Notes: a model not told the origin generated them from the sequence alone. DNA of 53,350 nucleotides from an uncultured Anaerolineales bacterium (GCA_964586915.1 CAZPJP010000008.1:1-53350), one strand, 5' to 3'. Shown: positions 10,604 through 20,692, numbered from the stretch's first letter. Made by a program: numbers and translations.

Positions 10604-12946
10604 TCAGTCGGCGTCGTCACCGCCAAGGATGACGCGGCGCTTGCGGCCGGCGGCAACCTGGGGACCGACCAGGCCCATCGCCTCCATCTGCTCCATCAAC
10701 CGCGCGGCACGCGGATAGCTGATATGCAAGCGCCGCTGGATGCCTGAGGTGGAGACTTTACCGCGGCTCTTGGCGTAAGCGATGGCCTGCTCCAGCAGAT
10801 CGGCGTCCTCCCCCAAGCCCTCGATCCGCCAGTGCTCAGGACCTTGGGCCTCGGCGATCTCCTCCCACGGAGGCTTCGAGGGGGTCGCCCCGGCCTCCTG
10901 CTGCCAAAACCGGATAATCTTCTCGAGCTCATCTTCAGAGATATAGCATCCCTGGATCCGCACCGGCGCCGAGGCGTCCGGTGGCAGAAAGAGGAGGTCC
11001 CCGTCGCCCAGCAGGTTTTCAGCGCCTGGGGTATCCAGAATGACGCGCGAATCGACACCGCTGGTGGTCGCAAAACTCACCCGGGCAGGGAAATTGGCTT
11101 TGATCAGGCCGGTGACCACGTCTGTGCTGGGCCGCTGAGTAGCCACGACCAAATGGATGCCCGTGGCTCGAGCCATTTGTGCAATCCGCGTCAGCGTGCG
11201 CTCCGTCTCCTCCGGCTCCGACATCATCAGATCGGCCAGCTCATCTATGAGAACCACGATGCGCGGGAGCGGTTCCTCGTCGTCGTCGCCGCCTGTGGGC
11301 TTCTTCACAGTATCCGACGCTCGCCGTCGCGCCAAGCGGGCATTGTAGTCGTCGAGGTTGCGCGCCACGGATTTAGCAAAGAGCTTGTAACGCTCATCCA
11401 TCTCGCGAGCAACCCATCGCAGAACGCGCAGCGCTTGCTCCACCTCAGTCTCGGCACTGCCCAGCAGATGGGGCAGGCCGTTGAGGTGACTGAGCTCGAC
11501 AATCTTGGGATCGATGGCGATGAGACTCAGCTCTTCAGGTCGATTGTGCATGACCAAGCTGGCCGCGAGGGCCTTGACAAAGACCGACTTGCCGCTTCCG
11601 GTGGTTCCCGCCACCAGAAGGTGAGGCATACGCGACAGGTCCGCCACCTGAGGAGCTCCAGCCACATCGAGACCCAGCGCAAAACAGAGCGGCTGGCCAC
11701 ACTTCTGAAAGGCATCGCTCTCCAGAACCGATCTAAGACGCACTAGGGTTGTATCAGCGTTGGGGACCTCAATGCCCACGACAGCACGACCGGGTACCGG
11801 AGCCTCCACGCGCAGCGAGCGCGCTGCCAAGGCCAACGCAAGATCATCGGACAGCCTCGCGATCTGGCTAACCCGTACCTTGCGCTGGCGTCCGCCGTCG
11901 GAGCCACGACTGATGTACCCCGGTGAGACGCCAAACTGGGTCACCGTTGGACCCGGCCGGACCTCTGTCACCCGCGTCGGAACCCCAAACTGCTCCAATG
12001 TCTGCTCGATAATCCGACTCTTGCGCTCGATCTCCTGCGGATCCATGCCCGCGGTCGTAGACTGTTCCAGTAGCTTAAGTGGGACGATATGGAGATCCGA
12101 CTTGCTGCGTCGGGGTTTCGAGATGGGCTGAGGTTCATGGATCTTCGGCTTCGCGCGGCTATCCCGAGCGCCGGTCTGAGACCGCGACGAGGGTACTGAC
12201 CTCTGCGGTCGTGCAGGGGCAGACACGGCGACACCCGCTGCGGGTCTTTGGATAGTGGACTCGGACTGGAAAGCATGTGAACGCCGGGCCGCCTTCCGCT
12301 CCGCCGCCCTGGCAGCCCGTTCAGCGCGCCAGGCCGCCCACACCTCCGACAGGCGACGTCCAAAGATCTCCAGATCCTTCCGAGAGAGGTCAAAGGCCAA
12401 CCCGAGGCCAATCACGACCACGAGCCCCATAAGGATGCCCGTGATCAGCGGACCAAAATAGTCCGCCAAGAAGAGATAGAGTCCCCATCCCACAACCCCG
12501 CCCCCCTTGCCAGATTCCACTAAGCGCCAAGAGTGCCGGTTGATCAAGGCATAGGTCAGGGTCTGCAGACCCAGAAGGATCATCTCCAGGCCCAGAATGG
12601 GCCGCCACCGCCAGGCCGTCTCCTGATGAACAAGATGACGGAGCCAGAGCAGCCCCAGCGCCGTCAGGAGCGCGGCAACGGGATACGCCGCCCATCCAAA
12701 GGCAAAGACCAAGGCCCGCACCCAGGCCCCGATGACGGCGCCAGAGTTGACGCCGGGGATGAGGGTGACGAACGTAACAGTGCCAAAGGCGATGAGGACC
12801 AGGGCCAACACCTGCTGACCCGCAGGCCCGGTGGCCCAGGACAACAGCCATTGACCGAGTCGCTGGGGTAGCGACTCGGTCCGCGACGCCTTTGAGGATG
12901 AGGAACGCCGGCGCCGGGCCATACTTCCATATTTACGCCTAGCCAT
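10604..12946 (-). CDS. ftsK: DNA translocase FtsK/SpoIIIE
   Basis: N-terminal TM helices, a Pro/Arg/Ser-rich linker, Walker A GTTGSGKS, and a C-terminal gamma winged helix (ISYPRAARLMEQMEAMGLVGP). Confidence 0.93.
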   Translation of the reverse strand: MARRKYGSMARRRRSSSSKASRTESLPQRLGQWLLSWATGPAGQQVLALVLIAFGTVTFVTLIPGVNSGAVIGAWVRALVFAFGWAAYPVAALLTALGLLWLRHLVHQETAWRWRPILGLEMILLGLQTLTYALINRHSWRLVESGKGGGVVGWGLYLFLADYFGPLITGILMGLVVVIGLGLAFDLSRKDLEIFGRRLSEVWAAWRAERAARAAERKAARRSHAFQSESTIQRPAAGVAVSAPARPQRSVPSSRSQTGARDSRAKPKIHEPQPISKPRRSKSDLHIVPLKLLEQSTTAGMDPQEIERKSRIIEQTLEQFGVPTRVTEVRPGPTVTQFGVSPGYISRGSDGGRQRKVRVSQIARLSDDLALALAARSLRVEAPVPGRAVVGIEVPNADTTLVRLRSVLESDAFQKCGQPLCFALGLDVAGAPQVADLSRMPHLLVAGTTGSGKSVFVKALAASLVMHNRPEELSLIAIDPKIVELSHLNGLPHLLGSAETEVEQALRVLRWVAREMDERYKLFAKSVARNLDDYNARLARRRASDTVKKPTGGDDDEEPLPRIVVLIDELADLMMSEPEETERTLTRIAQMARATGIHLVVATQRPSTDVVTGLIKANFPARVSFATTSGVDSRVILDTPGAENLLGDGDLLFLPPDASAPVRIQGCYISEDELEKIIRFWQQEAGATPSKPPWEEIAEAQGPEHWRIEGLGEDADLLEQAIAYAKSRGKVSTSGIQRRLHISYPRAARLMEQMEAMGLVGPQVAAGRKRRVILGGDDAD

Positions 12947-12955
12947 TGTGCACGT

Positions 12956-13876
12956 TTATCCCGCTAGTGCTAAAGCAATACGATGATCTTCTGGTGCGAT
13001 GTCGAGAATGCGCACCGTAACGACGTCCCCGGCATCGTAGGCACCGTAGAGCTCCCCGGCGCAGGAGGCATGCGGGCACTCCGAGATGTGGAGGAGACCT
13101 TCAATGCCGTCCAGAAGCTCCACGAAGACGCCGAACCGCTCTACGCTGGCCACTGACCCGCGGACCACGTCACCGGGACTGAACCGATTCTCAACGGTGT
13201 CCCACGGATTGGGGTGCAGGCGCTTCAAGCTGAGCCCTACCCGTTGGTGTTCTAGATCGACGTTGAGAATCTTGACCCGCACGGCTTGACCTGGTTCGAC
13301 GAAATCCTGTGGGTGACGCACGCGACCCCAGGAGATCTCCGAGATGTGAACCATCCCCTCAAGAGGGCCGATATCCACAAAGGCGCCAAAGGGCCGGACG
13401 CTCGTGACAGTCCCCTCACACGTGCTCCCGATGCACAGCCACTCGGGCCACTCCGGCTCCTCCAGATCGCATTCAGCCACCTGGCGCTCGGAGAGAAGAA
13501 TACGGTTGCGGGACGGCTCGACCTCAATCAGACAGAGGCGGAGTTTCTCACCCACGTACTCAGCAAAGCACGCTTCCCGCGCATCGGGATCCGCCGGAAA
13601 CGGATAGGCGATCAGATGGGATGCGGGCACAAAACACTCGATGTCCTTCCAATAGGCAATGAGGCCGCCGCGATTGTAGCCATCAATCGTCAGGTTCAAT
13701 ATGGTATGACGCCGCTGTAACTCGCGAGCCTCATCCCAAACCTCCAGCGGAACTGCGGGCACCTCAATCCACTCCCAGGCGCTTGGGGTGTCGCCCGCGC
13801 TTATTGGACCTTCCTCCAGGAGGACCTCCCAATAGCGCTCACAAGGGGGACAATGGGCGGGGATATAATGATCCAT
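12956..13876 (-). CDS. S1 RNA-binding domain protein (about three S1 repeats) with N-terminal CPPC motif
   Basis: S1 repeat signatures (GTVTSVRPFGAFVDIG..EGMVHISE, GSVASVERFGVFVEL..IEGLLHISE). GAAGGAG lies 7 nt upstream of ATG 13876; the ORF is open to GTG 13894. Confidence 0.8.
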   Translation of the reverse strand: MDHYIPAHCPPCERYWEVLLEEGPISAGDTPSAWEWIEVPAVPLEVWDEARELQRRHTILNLTIDGYNRGGLIAYWKDIECFVPASHLIAYPFPADPDAREACFAEYVGEKLRLCLIEVEPSRNRILLSERQVAECDLEEPEWPEWLCIGSTCEGTVTSVRPFGAFVDIGPLEGMVHISEISWGRVRHPQDFVEPGQAVRVKILNVDLEHQRVGLSLKRLHPNPWDTVENRFSPGDVVRGSVASVERFGVFVELLDGIEGLLHISECPHASCAGELYGAYDAGDVVTVRILDIAPEDHRIALALAG

Positions 13877-13966
13877 CAACCTACTCCTTCTCACAATACC
13901 AAGGGCCTATTCGGCCAATTCCCAAAAGTATGAACATGTGACTTGGACGCTCAGTCCCGCAGCAAC

Positions 13967-15838
13967 CTAGAGCGAAGAGCCGTGAGCTTCCTTCTCCATC
14001 TCGATCAAGATGGCGGCCAGGTTCTCGATGGCGACACGTTGCTTGCGATAGAGGTCGGATTCACTGACGGCCAGGCGCATAGCGACCTGACGCACCTTAT
14101 GACCCCGCAGGAACTTCATCTCCAGGATATTGTATAACAACCACTCAGGAGCTGTCAACTTCCGCTCACCATCGGGACGCAATCGCTCAATTGCATGGGT
14201 CAAGACGGACCGCAGCGCCTTGACAACATTGCCGTCGTATTCAAGCGCCTCCTGCCGCACCACTTCGAGCTTAAGGAGCGGGTTTTCCGTAAGTCGGGGC
14301 CCTCCCCAGTAGTGCGCAAGTGCGTCGTGGACCCACTGAGGCAACTCAGGGGACTGCACCAAAGGGAAGCCAACGACAGAATCCCCATCGTATCGCAGCA
14401 TTCCCCCGCGCATCTGAATATCGCGGAGTTCAGGCAACAACGGTGTGAACGCTTCGAAGACCACCTGTTGTAGCCGGCGGTCAGCCAACGCAGCTGAAGC
14501 CTGCAGAAGCAGCTGATCCAACCGCTCTGTTTGCTCTGTGTCAAGGGGAAGCTCCACATCCGGCATGCGCAGACCCACAAAGCCAAGGAGCTCGCTACCC
14601 GCCTTGTCGCGTATGGGAACGATCCAGTGACTATTCCAGCGGATAAAAACGTCATCCGAACGATTCTGCGTCACCTCCGTCAGTGGAATGTCGGCGATCT
14701 GTTCCTCAGACAAGGGGCGATCGCACCAGATCTCCCAACGGAGCTGGCCCTCTTCCAGGATCGCCAGGAAGCCACCGGCGCTCCGCATCAACTCACAGAT
14801 AGCTGCAAGCACGTTCTCGAGGAACTGCTGAAGGTCGGCCGTGGTTAGCAGTCGCTGGCTCAACTCCTGAACCTGTGTGACCTCCACCGCACCACGCCTG
14901 TAGAGCAACAAGTCAATCAAAGGCTTGAGCATCTCAACACCCAACTGTGACAGAATGATGGCTACAGCCAGCGCAACGAGCGAGAGGGTATAGTCCCCCA
15001 GCCCAAGAGCGGGCTCGAGCGTGCGGCCCAGGCCAAAGGCAATCAATGCCAGGATCGCCGTAAGCGGCCCACGCAACAGAAAGCGCACCATGCGGTGCTT
15101 GATCACCCGATCGGGCATCAGTGTGCCAAAAAAAGCAACGCTGTAGGCTACCAGCGCCAGCATAGCGCCTACGGCGACGTTGCCCACAATCAAGAAAAGC
15201 TGAAGAACCGCGCTCGGCAGACCGGCAGGCCACCCGGTCAGCAAGAGATAGGGGAAGACCCCCATCGCTGGCGCCACAAACCCTATCGACAGGTAAGCCA
15301 TACGGCGTCGGGCCGTGCGCGTATAGCAGCGCTGTCGCGCAGAGAGCGTCTCACGCAATCCCCAGAGTGCCACGAGCGTGAACAGCACAGCAAAAGGGAG
15401 AAACAGCGGGCCAGGTCGGAGGTGAAGAGCCCCGGTCGAGACGACCCGGCTGCGAACAACAAGATCTGTGCTCAGCGCAAGCACCATCACCACAGCACTC
15501 ACTCCCAAGCTCACCGGCCGCAGCCAGGCGGGGAAGTGATCGCGGAGGACCGAGTGGCGTATCGCCCGCACGAACCAAAGATACAGAGAGGGCGTGAAGG
15601 CGATACCGATCCACTGGAGACGCAGCAGGCCCTCAGCATAGGCGGGTCCAGTGATGTTGGTAAGCAGGAGGTCCATCAAGTAAACCACAATTACACAGCC
15701 TAGCAGCCCGACAAAGGTCTGGGCCAACCTACTGCCGCGATTATAGACAAGGAGATAAAGCGCTAACGCCAGCGCTGTTGCACCCACACCCGCTGTGAGA
15801 ACGTCGTTCGCTCTGCTCAGGAAATGTAGCCAGTCCAT
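13967..15838 (-). CDS. Polytopic membrane protein with cytoplasmic GAF-like region and C-terminal sigma-70 region-4-like HTH (membrane-tethered regulator)
   Basis: About 9 hydrophobic helices lie in the first ~330 aa. The C-terminus reads LTAPEWLLYNILEMKFLRGHKVRQVAMRLAVSESDLYRKQRVAIENLA. Start is set at ATG 15838 (MDWLHF) because the longer ORF to 16027 overlaps the GNAT gene. Confidence 0.65.
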   Translation of the reverse strand: MDWLHFLSRANDVLTAGVGATALALALYLLVYNRGSRLAQTFVGLLGCVIVVYLMDLLLTNITGPAYAEGLLRLQWIGIAFTPSLYLWFVRAIRHSVLRDHFPAWLRPVSLGVSAVVMVLALSTDLVVRSRVVSTGALHLRPGPLFLPFAVLFTLVALWGLRETLSARQRCYTRTARRRMAYLSIGFVAPAMGVFPYLLLTGWPAGLPSAVLQLFLIVGNVAVGAMLALVAYSVAFFGTLMPDRVIKHRMVRFLLRGPLTAILALIAFGLGRTLEPALGLGDYTLSLVALAVAIILSQLGVEMLKPLIDLLLYRRGAVEVTQVQELSQRLLTTADLQQFLENVLAAICELMRSAGGFLAILEEGQLRWEIWCDRPLSEEQIADIPLTEVTQNRSDDVFIRWNSHWIVPIRDKAGSELLGFVGLRMPDVELPLDTEQTERLDQLLLQASAALADRRLQQVVFEAFTPLLPELRDIQMRGGMLRYDGDSVVGFPLVQSPELPQWVHDALAHYWGGPRLTENPLLKLEVVRQEALEYDGNVVKALRSVLTHAIERLRPDGERKLTAPEWLLYNILEMKFLRGHKVRQVAMRLAVSESDLYRKQRVAIENLAAILIEMEKEAHGSSL

Positions 15839-15861
15839 CCAGTATCCTATCGGCTGCGGCG

Positions 15862-16392
15862 CTAGCGAATACGCTGCCGGAAAAAGAGCGCGACTTCTTG
15901 GCCAGGCCAGTATGCGTCTTGATACCCACAATAGGCAAAGTGATGCTTGAGCGCGAAGCTGATAGCAGGAAATGCCTTTAGCGGGCAGACAAGCACCAAC
16001 TGTGAGAGGCGTTGTCGCATGCACCACTCGGTAGCCCGCTGCAACATCGCGGTTGCGTACCCTTTGCGGCGGTGGTCGAGCGCCACAGCAAGATCGGTGA
16101 TGCGCGCCTGGTAGCGGGCCTGCTCGACGTCGAGACCCAGATAGCCAACGACCTGGCGCTGCTCAACCGCGACCCAGAACCGATCTCGAAGCTGCCATGT
16201 CTTGAGAAGGTCATCGCGTGGCATCGTAAGGTGAATGCGTAACGTCCGCGGCAACCGAATCTCACGGAAGGCGACGTGCCACTCGCCTCCCTCCTGGCGT
16301 TCGTCCATCTGCCAGGCAGCTTCCGTCTCGAAGGAAAGATCCACGTCGAGACAAGCTTCCCAATCTTCATCACGCACATTACGAACAAGCAC
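15862..16392 (-). CDS. GNAT-family N-acetyltransferase
   Basis: Acetyl-CoA motif LAVALDHRRKGYATAML. GTG 16392 is preceded by AAGGAGG with a 5-nt spacer. The longer ORF to 16551 overlaps the upstream gene. Confidence 0.8.
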   Translation of the reverse strand: MLVRNVRDEDWEACLDVDLSFETEAAWQMDERQEGGEWHVAFREIRLPRTLRIHLTMPRDDLLKTWQLRDRFWVAVEQRQVVGYLGLDVEQARYQARITDLAVALDHRRKGYATAMLQRATEWCMRQRLSQLVLVCPLKAFPAISFALKHHFAYCGYQDAYWPGQEVALFFRQRIR

Positions 16393-16402
16393 GATTACCT
16401 CC

Positions 16403-17164
16403 TTATTGCTCCCCGCTGGACACGATATTGACCGGGATAGTGCAGACGGTCGTATTCCCGTAGATATCCACGACCACAAGCTGGAATCGGTACGGCCCAC
16501 CGGGCGGATACCGGGTCGTGTCAGAGACATCCCAGGGCTGTAGAGGACCATTCTCTACGGATTCATCATATTGTGCAATGAACGTGGGTGTGTCCGAGCC
16601 CGGAAAGATCACCTCGTAGCGATAGTAGGAAAAGGCATTGGCCTGCGCCGTACCAAGCACATCCACGATGCCGGAAAGGTCGCTGCCGGCAACCGGAAAC
16701 GTCAACTGAGCACCTGGATCTGGACAGTCGGGCTGCCATAGCTCGGGAGGCACCGATGTCGCCTCAGGCAGGGGCGTCACCGTGCCAAGCGGCTCCGGCG
16801 CAGATACCACAACCTGCGTTATCGAGGTCGACGCTGTTAGGGCTGAGCTTGGCTCCCTTGGCGCCGGCGTCAACGTGTAGAGGCCACTGCTTGGCGTTGG
16901 CGTGCTCACTTCGTCGTCCGCTCTGCTCGGCATCCAGACTACACTCACCATGAACACCGTCCCAGCCAGGGCCAGAAAGAGCGTGGCCACGAGCCACGCG
17001 CGCGCCATTCGCTGATGATAGACCTCACGCTCCAGGGTGAACTGAGCAATGTCACGCTGGCGCTTGGCGACCGTCGCCGAGATCGCGTATGCTAGCGCCC
17101 CAACCAAGCAGATCAGCGCAACCCAGATGACCTGCTGACTGAGCCAGTCGAGGATGATGCTCAT
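16403..17164 (-). CDS. Hypothetical membrane-anchored protein (2 TM, Pro/Ser/Thr linker, C-terminal beta-rich domain)
   Basis: The start overlaps the punA stop by 4 nt. Two N-terminal TM segments are present. I recognise no family. Confidence 0.55.
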   Translation of the reverse strand: MSIILDWLSQQVIWVALICLVGALAYAISATVAKRQRDIAQFTLEREVYHQRMARAWLVATLFLALAGTVFMVSVVWMPSRADDEVSTPTPSSGLYTLTPAPREPSSALTASTSITQVVVSAPEPLGTVTPLPEATSVPPELWQPDCPDPGAQLTFPVAGSDLSGIVDVLGTAQANAFSYYRYEVIFPGSDTPTFIAQYDESVENGPLQPWDVSDTTRYPPGGPYRFQLVVVDIYGNTTVCTIPVNIVSSGEQ

Positions 17165-18000
17165 AACCTCGCTAACACACCTCGGATGATGGTCTCCAAC
17201 CTCGGAACGAGCACTTTGCCGGCCTCAAGGACCTCCTCGTGGTCCGGTGGCGGCGCGCCCTCTTCGCCTGTCAGGGTATTGGTAATTCCGGAGAAACCCA
17301 GAACCCGTAAGCCGCTGTGCCGAGCTGTGATCACCTCCGGCACCGTCGACATCCCGACGGCGTCGGTCCCGATTGCCCGAAGGAATCTGACGTCAGCCGG
17401 TGTCTCAAAGCTTGGGCCAGCGAGGCAGATGTAGACGCCATGCTGGAACGGGACCTTGGCCTCCAGCGCAATCTCGCGGGCAAGTCGCCGCAACTCCGGA
17501 TCGTAAGCATCGTTCATGCTGGGAAACCGCGGGCCAAATGCCTCCAGGTTGGGACCGCGCAGCGGATTAAGCCCCGCCATCCCAATCAGGTTAATGTGAT
17601 CGCGGATGATCATCACCTCGCCAGGCCGATAGGTCATATTGACACCGCCAGCCGCGTTCGTCACGATCATGATCTCCGCGCCCAGCAACGCCATCACCCG
17701 AACGGGAATTCCAATCTGCGGCATGCTGTAGCCTTCATAGTAATGCGTACGACCCTGCATAACCGCAACCGGCTGCCCCTCAAGGGTTCCCAGAACTAAG
17801 TGGCCCTGATGGCCCTTCACGGTCGAGACTGGAAAGTGTGGTATGTCGCGATAGTCAACTGTGACAGCATCCGTCACGCTCTCGGCGAGCGGGCTGAGGC
17901 CAGATCCCAGGATCATAGCGACGCGCGGCTCGAGAGCGGTATGCTGGCGGACACCGGCTACGGCCTCCTCCAACAGCTCCATTGTCACGAATTCATCCAT
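17161..18000 (-). CDS. punA: Purine nucleoside phosphorylase (PNP/MTAP family, trimeric type)
   Basis: ILGSGL, HFP.STV.GH.G and AVGMSTVPE motifs. ATG 18000 (MDEFVT) is preceded by a G-rich RBS; the ORF is open to 18033. Confidence 0.9.
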   Translation of the reverse strand: MDEFVTMELLEEAVAGVRQHTALEPRVAMILGSGLSPLAESVTDAVTVDYRDIPHFPVSTVKGHQGHLVLGTLEGQPVAVMQGRTHYYEGYSMPQIGIPVRVMALLGAEIMIVTNAAGGVNMTYRPGEVMIIRDHINLIGMAGLNPLRGPNLEAFGPRFPSMNDAYDPELRRLAREIALEAKVPFQHGVYICLAGPSFETPADVRFLRAIGTDAVGMSTVPEVITARHSGLRVLGFSGITNTLTGEEGAPPPDHEEVLEAGKVLVPRLETIIRGVLARL

Positions 18001-18061
18001 TGGTATCCCCCCGTAGCATCTGGCGCGGCTCACTGATCAAATCGGGCCGCTGATGCTTGAG

Positions 18062-18997
18062 CTAATCTTCTTCAGAACTCGATGCGGAGAATCGCGCTCT
18101 AGGATGGGCCCGATCATACGCTTCGCGCTTGCGGCGGCTCGAGACCTCAGTGTAGATCTGAGTGGTCGTGATGCTGGCGTGCCCCAACAACTCCTGAACC
18201 TCACGCAGTTCCGCGCCGCCTTCGAGTAAGTGGGTGGCAAAGGTGTGACGTAGGGTATGCGGCTTCACCCACGAGGCTAACCCTGCCGCCTCCGCATAGT
18301 GTTGAACGAGAAACCAGAGCCCTTGACGCGTCAACGGCTGCCCAAGGTTGTTCAAAAAGAGCGTTCGTTCGCCCGCGTCTCGAAGCAGGAACGGTCGACC
18401 CTGCTGAAGGTAGGTTCGCAAAACTTCGACGGCCGCACTGTAGATCGGCACGACGCGCTCTTTGCTCCCCTTGCCGAAGCAGCGCACAAGCCCGATCTCA
18501 AGGTCGACGTCATCTAGCTCCAGCTCGATGATCTCAGATGCGCGCATACCCGTCGCATAGAGAACCTCAAGAAGAGCGCGATCCCGCAATGCCAGCGGCG
18601 TATCCTCGACGGAGGCGGCAGCCAGGAGCCGTTGCACCTGATCGCGCGACAGGGCACGGGGAAGCCGTTTCTCGACCTTCGGCTGACGCAGCCAGTCCAG
18701 AATCTCGGGCTCTACAATGCCTTCCGCGTAAAGAAAGCGGAGGAAAGAGCGTGTCGCAGCGACCTTACGCGCGACCGTTGTAGACTTATAATCCCTCTGT
18801 TGCAGGGCCCTGACAAAACCGTCGAGATCATCAGGCGCTAAGTCACTCAGCGCCGGCGCGCCGATGTCCTCAATGTGGCCTTGAAACTGCCGCAGATCCC
18901 GTCGGTACGCCGCCAGCGTATGGGGCGAGTATCCCCGTTCGAACTCTAGGTATTGCAAGAATTTCTGTAAATACGTATCCATATTTGACATAATCAC
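18062..18997 (-). CDS. Tyrosine recombinase, XerC/XerD family
   Basis: N-terminal SAM-like domain (FLQYLEFERGYSPHTLAAYRRDL). Catalytic HTLRHTFATHLL...LGHASITTTQIYT with the nucleophilic Tyr. Confidence 0.92.
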   Translation of the reverse strand: MIMSNMDTYLQKFLQYLEFERGYSPHTLAAYRRDLRQFQGHIEDIGAPALSDLAPDDLDGFVRALQQRDYKSTTVARKVAATRSFLRFLYAEGIVEPEILDWLRQPKVEKRLPRALSRDQVQRLLAAASVEDTPLALRDRALLEVLYATGMRASEIIELELDDVDLEIGLVRCFGKGSKERVVPIYSAAVEVLRTYLQQGRPFLLRDAGERTLFLNNLGQPLTRQGLWFLVQHYAEAAGLASWVKPHTLRHTFATHLLEGGAELREVQELLGHASITTTQIYTEVSSRRKREAYDRAHPRARFSASSSEED

Positions 18998-19173
18998 AAG
19001 TGGTCGTGGCTCCCATTATACCGTCTCATACCTAGTCGCCAACCTGACCCAGTTGCCGGCGGACGGTCGCGACGATCATCTGAGCAACTCAGGACCAAGA
19101 GACACTCAAAGCCACGAGGGTATGTGCCCGTCTAGAGCGCCTGCACTGTGCGGGATGGTGGACGGTGCGGAGA

Positions 19174-20409
19174 CTATGCCCCCGAATGCAGCGAGCCGGC
19201 TGCGGTCCCCGGACCTCGAAGGCCGTGGCCCGGCATGACTCGATCCGCCGTGAGGTATCGTAGGGCACGCGCAATCTCCTCCGTGGCGAAGGGGTGAGCA
19301 AGAGCCTGGGAGCGCCGGCTCATCCGTGCGCGAGCCCCAGGGTCATTCAGGAGCCGGACAACCGCGCGAGCTGCCGACCGAGGCGTCGGCGCCCACACGC
19401 CGGCTCCGTTCTCCGCCACGTGACTGACGTTGCCCTCTTCCTGTCCGGGGAGCGCGGCGTAGAGCACCAGAGGCAACCCTGCGATAAAGGCCTCAGCGAG
19501 CGTGTTCGGGCCCGCCTTGGTCACCAGCACATCAGCCGCTCGCATCCAAACTTCCATATTGGAGACAAAGCCCTCGATCCGAACCGGCACCGGAAAGTCA
19601 GCCCGCGTCAGCTCCTCCCTAAGCGCCTGGTTTCTTCCCGTGATCACAACGAGATGCGCGCGTGGTCGCTGGCGCGCTATGGCGCGCACCACCTGGGCCA
19701 TAGGGCCCATTCCCTCACCCCCACCGACGAAGAGCACAACAGGCCGCCTCCCTGGGAGTGCCAGCCGGGCACGAGCCCCGGCTTTTGAGAGATTCATCGA
19801 TGCTAAGAAACTACGACGCGTCGGCATGCCGGTCACACGGACCCGCTGCTCCGGAACACCCCAGTTCAAGGCTCTAGCTTTCGCTGCCTCGGTGGGGACC
19901 ATATAGGCTGCTGCGCCGGGTACGAACCAGCCGGCGTGCACGGTTACAAGGTCTAGTGTCACGATTGCCACTGGGGTTGAGCGTCCCAGGCGGCGCAGCC
20001 CAAGGAAGAGTGCATAGTTCGGGATCGGATGGAAAGAGACAATGACGTCGGCAGGGTACTGAAGGAGCAGATCGCAGAGGGGCGCACGGGCATAGGGCCA
20101 GACTAGCTTAGACATGGTCTTGACCACTCTAGCGCCATTGGAAAGATGATATCCTAAGCCCCACGGGATGCCATTGAGTCCCACGAACATCGGATACCAA
20201 TCGGGGAAACGGTCAAAGGGCCAGCGATCCAGGGACGCAAAAATGTCCACCATTTCCACCGACACCGCCGCGCCGTAGAGCCGCTCCATCTCGCCCTTCA
20301 CAGCTTGAGACGACGCGCGATGCCCACCGCCAGTGTCGGAGAAAAGGAAAAGGAAGCGGCGAGGTCGATGCGCGCGGCTCTGCCGCGCGCCCGCTAGATG
20401 TGCACGCAT
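19174..20409 (-). CDS. GT28-family glycosyltransferase (MGDG synthase / UgtP-like diacylglycerol glycosyltransferase)
   Basis: N-terminal [11 protein letters not shown] motif of the MGDG-synthase family. C-terminal GT-B motif ([12 protein letters not shown]). The start ATG overlaps the DUF951 gene end by 16 nt. Confidence 0.8.
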   Translation of the reverse strand: MRAHLAGARQSRAHRPRRFLFLFSDTGGGHRASSQAVKGEMERLYGAAVSVEMVDIFASLDRWPFDRFPDWYPMFVGLNGIPWGLGYHLSNGARVVKTMSKLVWPYARAPLCDLLLQYPADVIVSFHPIPNYALFLGLRRLGRSTPVAIVTLDLVTVHAGWFVPGAAAYMVPTEAAKARALNWGVPEQRVRVTGMPTRRSFLASMNLSKAGARARLALPGRRPVVLFVGGGEGMGPMAQVVRAIARQRPRAHLVVITGRNQALREELTRADFPVPVRIEGFVSNMEVWMRAADVLVTKAGPNTLAEAFIAGLPLVLYAALPGQEEGNVSHVAENGAGVWAPTPRSAARAVVRLLNDPGARARMSRRSQALAHPFATEEIARALRYLTADRVMPGHGLRGPGTAAGSLHSGA

Positions 20410-20639
20410 GATCCCTTGCTGTCGCTGTCCGGACTAGCGTCCGGGCTGCCGCGCTCAATGAAACGCTTAATTCGACCCTCGAAGCGCCGTCGTGGCACGA
20501 GCACATACCGTCCGCAGGTCTGGCATTCGATGCCAATGTCCAAGCCCACTCGGAGTATCCGCCACGTCCTCCCCCCGCAGGGATGTGGCTTACGCAGCTC
20601 AACTACGTCACCGATATGCAGCTCGACAGGTTCAGCCAT
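20394..20639 (-). CDS. DUF951-family small protein
   Basis: 81 aa with [13 protein letters not shown]....W.ILRVG.DI...C..CGR.V..PR..FE..IK, typical of DUF951. Confidence 0.72.
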   Translation of the reverse strand: MAEPVELHIGDVVELRKPHPCGGRTWRILRVGLDIGIECQTCGRYVLVPRRRFEGRIKRFIERGSPDASPDSDSKGSCVHI

Positions 20640-20692
20640 ATGTCTTTGTCCCTACGTGACCAGGCAACTTGGCACAATCGCCCGGAGCCTGG

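Noticed and set aside
15839-16027. N-terminal 63-aa extension of the membrane-regulator ORF (ORF track start at 16027).
   Set aside because: It overlaps the 3-prime end of the GNAT gene in another frame and reads as non-protein-like sequence. ATG 15838 (MDWLHF) begins directly at the first hydrophobic helix.
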